A stretch of 10,013 nt of DNA from a virus (lineage: Duplodnaviria; Heunggongvirae; Uroviricota; Caudoviricetes), in IMG/VR virus record IMGVR_UViG_2740892372_000013, positions 1-10,013 of that record; one strand, 5' to 3'. Under the pieces are notes generated by a model, which saw nothing but the letters and a program-made list of their open reading frames with translations, was not told the origin of the DNA and ran no database searches. Shown in pieces: positions 5,646-10,013 of the stretch (position 1 is its first letter; every line of letters starts with the position of its first letter). Made by a program: the position numbers and the translations under genes.

Positions 5646-6308
5646 TCAGACAAAACCAGCCGCTTTCCGGCGTTCATACTCCTGTTTCAGCAACTCAATT
5701 GGCGTTGGTCCCAACGGGCGTTTTGGTGCCGCCAGTTGTCGCCGTACTGGCGGAACGCTCATCCCGTTACCAACATGCTTTGCCCATTTCGTCAGTTGCC
5801 GTTCCGCAAGTCGTTTTAACTCGCCCTGCGTCATCTGGCGCTCAATCCCTCTGGTACGCATTTCGAGGCAGATGTGGTACAGCACAGGCTGTGGCCACGG
5901 GTATTTATCACTCCCGTCGTATCGCCAAGATTCATTGCGCCAGCGCCGATACTCTTCCATCACGGCATCCACCGTAAGACCAAATGGATTTGCCCCACTC
6001 TCCGAAATCAGCGCAACAAACTCAGCCAGGTCCGGGGGCCACGTTTCACCCGCCCGGCAGCGGTCCATGCACTGACGGCACACCAGACGGATTTGCTGTT
6101 CAGTCATCGCACCAATCTGGGCAATCCAGAGCTTCGAAGGTGCGGCCCCGTTCTTCTGAGTCCAGCGGTTCGAATACACCTCCCCCATGAGCTCCCACAG
6201 CTTCCAGGCCGTTTCCGTTGCTGATAAATCCGTTGTCACGTTCCCACTGTTCGCGTGCAGCCCGGATTTCCTGAACTGCCCGTGATGCCGTGCCACCTGA
6301 TGCTGCAT
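5646..6308 (-). CDS. Lambda P-like replication protein (helicase loader); start codon uncertain
   Basis: By-eye alignment to lambda P: WPPDLAEFVALISE versus FLPSPGQFVAWCRE, DKYPWPQPVLYHICLEM versus ESYPWKSNAHYWLVTNL, and the GELKRLAERQ...PPVRRQLA tail. The track start at 6308 has a GGGGGAAG ribosome-binding site but overlaps the O-like gene by 209 nt; in-frame ATGs at 6188 and 6107 are alternatives. Confidence 0.7.
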   Translation of the reverse strand: MQHQVARHHGQFRKSGLHANSGNVTTDLSATETAWKLWELMGEVYSNRWTQKNGAAPSKLWIAQIGAMTEQQIRLVCRQCMDRCRAGETWPPDLAEFVALISESGANPFGLTVDAVMEEYRRWRNESWRYDGSDKYPWPQPVLYHICLEMRTRGIERQMTQGELKRLAERQLTKWAKHVGNGMSVPPVRRQLAAPKRPLGPTPIELLKQEYERRKAAGFV

Positions 6309-7137
6309 GGCTTCCCCCCTTGCTGACTGGTTTTACCTGTGCCCTGACGTGCTGCACGTGGCGGGCAAATTTCTGCTCCCACTGAACCTGCGTGAAAACC
6401 TTCCCCTCCGCCATCCAGTAATCCCGGAATGCGGCAAGCTCAGCAGGTGTAAATTCCGGCTCAGGCAGAGCCATACCCCACACTGCTGCCCGTTGTCGAA
6501 AATCCGGCGACGGCTGCCAGACAGTAGTCATCGAAAATTTCCCGATCGGTTCGCTCAGGCCGTCCAGGTATTCAGGTTCGGCTGTCTGCAACGGCGCACC
6601 ATTCGACTCACTGGTCGGAATACTCTCGCGCGCGTTATGTGTGGGGTTTAATTCTGTATCTGTATCTGTATCTTTATCTGTCGTGACTTGTCGTGACAGA
6701 TGCGTGACACGTCGTGACTCATCGTGACAATCAGCATTATGTTTCCGCAGCTTTTCCCGCTCCCGCTGCGCTCTCTTGCGCTCTGCCGGGGATTTTGCCG
6801 TTTGCGAAACGTTACCATTGTCCTCTTTCAGCACCTGACGTTTTTCCCATCCGGAAATAAGGTCACCATCCAGAACCCGCCCCTGCATTGCATGCAAAAT
6901 TGAATCAATTACGTCTTCCGTCACATCAAGCGCACTTGCTAAATCTTCCGTCGTGACATCAATGTGACCACGTAGTGACACGCCGTGACATGTCGTGACA
7001 TTTCGTGACGCGCTCACCAGAAGATGGATATACACTGCCATCACTGTTGCGATTGGCTGTCCTGATACCCTGGCAATCGTTCGCCACTTGGGGTCATTTG
7101 GCATGTCATGCCACAATCTGAGCCAGGCATTAGCCAT
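6100..7137 (-). CDS. Replication initiator (O-like) protein, about 345 aa (track lists a GTG at 7143)
   Basis: Sits immediately upstream of the P-like gene. Has a low-complexity acidic linker (TDKDTDTDTE...) and two internal arrays of iteron-like repeats in its 5' half, as for ori inside lambda O. ATG at 7137 preceded by AGAGGTGA. Confidence 0.6.
   Translation of the reverse strand: MANAWLRLWHDMPNDPKWRTIARVSGQPIATVMAVYIHLLVSASRNVTTCHGVSLRGHIDVTTEDLASALDVTEDVIDSILHAMQGRVLDGDLISGWEKRQVLKEDNGNVSQTAKSPAERKRAQREREKLRKHNADCHDESRRVTHLSRQVTTDKDTDTDTELNPTHNARESIPTSESNGAPLQTAEPEYLDGLSEPIGKFSMTTVWQPSPDFRQRAAVWGMALPEPEFTPAELAAFRDYWMAEGKVFTQVQWEQKFARHVQHVRAQVKPVSKGGSHAASGGTASRAVQEIRAAREQWERDNGFISNGNGLEAVGAHGGGVFEPLDSEERGRTFEALDCPDWCDD
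6651..6728. repeat. Iteron-like array 1: three TCTGTA hexamers followed by five (T/G)CGTGAC heptamers at 10-11 bp spacing
   Basis: CGTGAC at 6682, 6692, 6703, 6713 and 6723. TCTGTA at 6653, 6659 and 6665. Confidence 0.8.
6951..7009. repeat. Iteron-like array 2: six GTGAC-core repeats at 10-11 bp spacing
   Basis: GTGAC cores at 6953, 6964, 6975, 6985, 6995 and 7005, all on the same strand. Confidence 0.8.
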
Positions 7138-7205
7138 ACTCACCTCTTCTGATACCGAACTTTACCCACGAACTTCCGAAAGAAATCCGGTATAAATATT
7201 GTTGG

Positions 7206-7631
7206 TCAATGCACAACAACTGCATTACCAGGCTGACCACCACTGTTAGTCAGGGTGCCCCAGGCGATCGCTACAGCGACAAAATCATCCACATCTTTCA
7301 CCAGCCGATCCCGTCGTTCGACGATCTCCCGGTAATATTCAGAACTGTGACTGCGCATACGGGCCACCAGCAAAGGCGGCATCGCCTTTTCGATCGCCGG
7401 TAACAGCGCCTGAATTTTTTCAACCGCATCAGGCGTATCCTTCTCCACCCAGCGGAAAATTTTCTGGGTATTACGGGCCAGGGCTTCCGGATGGCTGTCG
7501 TCGTACAGTTCCGGGAACGTCATCCCAAGTTCGAAATAAGTCCGGGCTATTTCAGCTGCAGGCACTTTCTCACCATCAGGATATGCCCAGGCATTCATCG
7601 CCATGCGGATGTGTTCATGTTTGATTTTCAT
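7206..7631 (-). CDS. YdaT-family prophage regulator (CII-position protein), 141 aa
   Basis: Starts MKIKHEHI and ends VVVH, as I recall for YdaT-family proteins. Lies directly downstream of the cro-like gene with an ATGA start/stop overlap, as in the ydaS-ydaT arrangement. Confidence 0.55.
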   Translation of the reverse strand: MKIKHEHIRMAMNAWAYPDGEKVPAAEIARTYFELGMTFPELYDDSHPEALARNTQKIFRWVEKDTPDAVEKIQALLPAIEKAMPPLLVARMRSHSSEYYREIVERRDRLVKDVDDFVAVAIAWGTLTNSGGQPGNAVVVH

Positions 7632-7855
7632 GAATCATTTTTCCTTTCGTTCGAGGTGTTATCCTTCTTTTTGTAAAGTTCTGGGTTCAACGATAATTTT
7701 CCCTTGGAGTATGCAACTGCTTCAGCAGCCCTCCCCTTGGGAACTATTTCGCCGGGACGCTTACGCCACATGTATATAGCTTCTCGGGTTACCCCATAAA
7801 AATCAGCGACTCTTTGGACAGAACCAAAAAACTGGACAAGTTCATCAACTCGCAT
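7628..7855 (-). CDS. Cro/DicC-like small HTH repressor (75 aa)
   Basis: Divergent from the cI-like gene. Motif FFGSVQRVADFYGVTREAIYMWRK is typical of Cro/YdaS/DicC HTH proteins. AGGAGA ribosome-binding site. Confidence 0.7.
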   Translation of the reverse strand: MRVDELVQFFGSVQRVADFYGVTREAIYMWRKRPGEIVPKGRAAEAVAYSKGKLSLNPELYKKKDNTSNERKNDS

Positions 7856-7954
7856 TTCGCTCTCCTTAAAACTAAGTATTTTTAGATTAAAGGGTAATTT
7901 TTTTTAGGTCAATACAATCTAAAATAATTTATATTCAATTCGCGGGAGAAAATA
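7856..7954. promoter_or_regulatory. Divergent promoter/operator region (OR-like) between the cro-like and cI-like genes
   Basis: TTGACC on the minus strand (7907-7912). 17-mer AAATAATTTATATTCAA (7922-7938) overlaps a TATATT -10 for cI (7930-7935). Inverted repeat TTTTAGATT (7880-7888) / AATCTAAAA (7916-7924). Confidence 0.5.
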
Positions 7955-8599
7955 ATGGAAAGCCTTGGCATTAGGCTTAAGAAACTCAGAAAAGACAAAG
8001 GTCTGACCCAAGTTGAACTTGGCAAGCTTTCTGGCGTAACTGGGGTAACAATAGGATACTGGGAGAAAGATCTAAACGAACCAGGTAGCAAAGCTCTTAG
8101 TAAATTAGCCCTAGCACTAGGCACTACTGAGTCCTATCTCCTGTATGGAGTATCATCACCTGAATCATCCCTTGTGCAGAAAAATCCAGGTACCCAAATC
8201 CCATACCTTTCTTGGGGAGAAGCGATTTCTTTCCTAATATTAAAAGGAGAGAAAACTATGGGAAATGTCGACAGGATCACCACATTCTTTGATGTCAAGG
8301 AGGGAGATTTTGCCGTTTCAATGCCTGATGATACTATGCACAATCCATCAGGGTCCCCAAGCATTCCAGTTGGAGCCACAGTGATCATGAGGCCTGGCGA
8401 AAAATATAAAAATGGTAGCATCGTCGCAGTAATAGTCCCAGATCCACTCACAAACGAACCATCCATGACTATAAAAAAATTAGTTATTGATGGAAAGCTC
8501 GTGTACTTAGCCCCCCTTAACCCACGCTATCAATCATCCTTACTTACACCGGAATGTAACATCGTTGCTGTAGCAAAAGGTGTTCAGTTCAGCCTCTAG
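7955..8599 (+). CDS. CI-like phage repressor (N-terminal XRE HTH plus C-terminal S24 LexA-type autopeptidase domain), 214 aa
   Basis: HTH LTQVELGKLSGVTGVTIGYWEK. S24 signature Ser in FAVSMPDD and Lys in TIKKLVIDG. Divergent to the cro-like gene. Confidence 0.85.
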   Translation: MESLGIRLKKLRKDKGLTQVELGKLSGVTGVTIGYWEKDLNEPGSKALSKLALALGTTESYLLYGVSSPESSLVQKNPGTQIPYLSWGEAISFLILKGEKTMGNVDRITTFFDVKEGDFAVSMPDDTMHNPSGSPSIPVGATVIMRPGEKYKNGSIVAVIVPDPLTNEPSMTIKKLVIDGKLVYLAPLNPRYQSSLLTPECNIVAVAKGVQFSL

Positions 8600-8650
8600 C
8601 TCCCGCTTTGCCCTGTAATCAGAGGTCGGCTTTGTCGGCCTTTTATCTTA

Positions 8651-8699
8651 AAAATATTTATATTCAACTTGACAGCAAAACTAAATATTCTTATATTCA
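8651..8699 (+). promoter_or_regulatory. PL-like early promoter with two flanking operator-like repeats
   Basis: TTGACA (8669-8674), 17-nt spacer, TATATT (8692-8697). AAAATATTTATATTCAA (8651-8667) and AAATATTCTTATATTCA (8683-8699) closely match the 17-mer at 7922-7938. Confidence 0.5.
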
Positions 8700-8872
8700 T
8701 TGCAACCCACCCCGCTTCACAGAATGCAGGGCAATACTTCGAGTTACCCGGCAGTGGTCAGGGGTTAAGTAGCCAGCCCGAGGCGTATGAACATGACGGC
8801 GGGAACACTTTGTATAACAGCGCAGCAGGTTTTTAGTTCCGCGACCCGGCGTTAAGGGGGAATGAGGTCAAC

Positions 8873-9025
8873 ATGGATACGCTCAATCTTGGCAACAACG
8901 AATCTCTGGTATGCGGCGTGTTTCCCAACCAGGACGGTACGTTCACCGCGATGACGTATACCAAAAGCAAAACGTTTAAAACTGAAGCTGGCGCGCGTCG
9001 CTGGTTAGCCAGAAACACTGACTGA
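8873..9025 (+). CDS. Small hypothetical early protein (50 aa)
   Basis: MDTLNLGNNESLVCGVFPNQDGTFTAMTYTKSKTFKTEAGARRWLARNTD. GAGGT ribosome-binding site 4 nt before the ATG; TGATG stop/start overlap with the next gene. Reminiscent of small YdfA/YdaF-type prophage proteins, from memory only. Confidence 0.45.
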   Translation: MDTLNLGNNESLVCGVFPNQDGTFTAMTYTKSKTFKTEAGARRWLARNTD

Positions 9026-9675
9026 TGAGGTTGACGATGGAATTTAAAGATTTACCTCCTTCAATCCAGGAGATTGCAGCACACACACTTCGTCATCGTC
9101 TGAACGAACTTGAATTGGAATCGGTAACGAAAAAAGACACTGATAATATGGCTCGTAATGTGCGCGATGCGTTTACCGGATTGTATTTCTGTGCGTCTAT
9201 AAATAAACACGACTCAGAGAGTATGGCAAATAAAATTGCAGAAACGACAGCGCAAAACATCAATACGAAACCAACGGAAGAAGAAATTGATCAGTTTGCT
9301 CATGATGCTGGTTTAAAAAACAAGAAAGAAAAATCGCCATATGCGGGGAACATGTTTGTTTATGACAATCTCATCAGAATTCGTGGCGAAATTCCGGCGG
9401 AATACCTGGCAAGAGTCCATCAGGCATTGCTTAAAAATTTGGAAACAGAATTATTTGATGGCAACACTAACGGTTTCTTCATGGTATCAGGCCTTGAGAA
9501 AGACTGGGATGCAGAAAAACGCTGGAATGTTGCTACATGGTTATTCAGTAACAGAGCCGCTGCACTGGAAGCTTCGGCATGTATTTGCGGCCTGTTCTTA
9601 ACAGACCACAAATATAATCTGGATGTGTACAGTTATATTTACGCTGAACACGGTCCACTCTGGATTGACTGGTAA
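9025..9675 (+). CDS. Hypothetical early-left operon protein (216 aa; the ATG at 9037 with GAGG upstream may be the true start)
   Basis: Long ORF, translationally coupled to the preceding small ORF. No recognisable motifs. Confidence 0.55.
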   Translation: MRLTMEFKDLPPSIQEIAAHTLRHRLNELELESVTKKDTDNMARNVRDAFTGLYFCASINKHDSESMANKIAETTAQNINTKPTEEEIDQFAHDAGLKNKKEKSPYAGNMFVYDNLIRIRGEIPAEYLARVHQALLKNLETELFDGNTNGFFMVSGLEKDWDAEKRWNVATWLFSNRAAALEASACICGLFLTDHKYNLDVYSYIYAEHGPLWIDW

Positions 9676-9885
9676 TTATAAGGAAACACCAGCAGGGCCG
9701 CGGCGACCAACAGAACGATTAAAATCAATAATGCCATTATAAAGGACATTATTTAATTTATCGTCGAATGCTGATTCTGTGAGCCTCAACTCTGAATGAG
9801 TTTTTAATAACCCTGATTGCCTGAGTTGATTTACCAGGCATTCAATCTGTTTTTCAATAAGCGGATTTCTTTTTTTGTTTGGCAT
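9676..9885 (-). CDS. Hypothetical small protein (69 aa from the ATG at 9885; track lists 73 aa from 9897)
   Basis: GGAGGA directly upstream of the ATG at 9885. Convergent with the 216-aa gene, with abutting stop codons (TAATTA). Confidence 0.45.
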   Translation of the reverse strand: MPNKKRNPLIEKQIECLVNQLRQSGLLKTHSELRLTESAFDDKLNNVLYNGIIDFNRSVGRRGPAGVSL

Positions 9886-10013
9886 TTTATCCTCCATTGA
9901 GGTTCTGGGTTAAAAATGGAGACCAACACGCTGTCACGTGTGGTCGTGCGCCGGACACGGATAAGAATCCGGTACTGACAGTTTACTGAAAGGATATTTC
10001 CCTGAAAAGTCAG

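Larger units (their letters stand above)
1..10013. mobile_element. Lambdoid prophage segment (immunity, replication and nin-like regions plus morons)
   Basis: Gene order cI-like / cro-like / YdaT-like / O-like / P-like / string of small overlapping ORFs is the canonical lambdoid early-right layout. Composition is mosaic, with an AT-rich cargo island. No integrase or att site is visible in the window. Confidence 0.8.

Noticed and set aside
5549-6651. Plus-strand ORFs (5549-5977, 5872-6075, 5874-6224, 5984-6190, 6307-6651) opposite the P-like and O-like genes
   Set aside because: All are antisense to the replication genes, overlap one another in different frames, and have Pro/Arg/Ser-rich compositions typical of the reverse strand of GC-rich coding DNA.
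7160-7290. Possible OOP-like antisense RNA promoter (TATAAAT at 7191-7197 on the plus strand between the O-like start and the YdaT-like stop)
   Set aside because: The position is right for a lambda oop analogue, but there is no convincing -35 and no intrinsic terminator (GC stem followed by a U tract) within about 100 nt downstream. Left as unsupported.
6995-7676. Plus-strand ORFs 6995-7195, 7209-7403 and 7491-7676 opposite the O-like and YdaT-like genes
   Set aside because: Antisense to supported genes; no start context.
7909-8466. Minus-strand ORFs 7909-8124 (71 aa) and 8134-8466 (110 aa) overlapping the cI-like gene
   Set aside because: Antisense to the repressor gene, which has clear HTH and S24 peptidase motifs. 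The 71-aa ORF also runs across the operator region.
8600-8650. Intrinsic terminator after the cI-like gene (GC-rich segment followed by TTTTATCTT)
   Set aside because: The GC-rich segment (GGTCGGCTTTGTCGGCC) is a direct, not inverted, repeat, so no stable stem forms. The T-run is more likely part of the AT-rich operator/promoter region.
8833-9018. Minus-strand 61-aa ORF overlapping the small early gene and leader
   Set aside because: Antisense to a gene with a good ribosome-binding site and start/stop coupling; no start context of its own.
9341-9611. ORFs 9341-9601 (+) and 9420-9611 (-) nested in the 216-aa gene
   Set aside because: Alternative-frame and antisense ORFs inside a longer ORF that is translationally coupled to its upstream gene.
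1-10013. CRISPR arrays, tRNA or rRNA genes, insertion sequences or transposase genes
   Set aside because: No spaced identical repeats with unique spacers, no cloverleaf-like or rRNA-like stretch, and no transposase-like ORF or terminal inverted repeats were found. The only long repeat is the tandem gene-module duplication, and the short repeats are iterons and operators.

Overview
This window reads as a segment of a lambdoid (Qin/Rac-like) prophage in an E. coli-like enterobacterial genome; all calls rest on reading the sequence and ORF track by eye, with no database search. From right to left on the minus strand: a divergent immunity switch (cI-like repressor on plus; Cro/DicC-like and YdaT-like on minus), a replication module (O-like initiator carrying two internal clusters of GTGAC iterons, then a lambda-P-like helicase loader), and a nin-like string of small coupled genes. 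That string contains a ~770-bp tandem direct repeat duplicating a Cys/His basic protein and a very acidic 57-60 aa protein, bracketing an Ead/Ea22-like gene. Next comes a ~2-kb AT-rich moron on the opposite strand encoding a minimal Hanks-type Ser/Thr kinase overlapping a PP2C-like phosphatase, and the window starts inside a hok-family toxin gene. The kinase/PP2C pair is the strongest candidate for an undescribed phage-exclusion or abortive-infection module. Right of cI there is a PL-like promoter with operator-like repeats and an early-left operon of unknown genes. Coordinates of features not in the ORF track were counted by eye and may be off by 1-2 nt.
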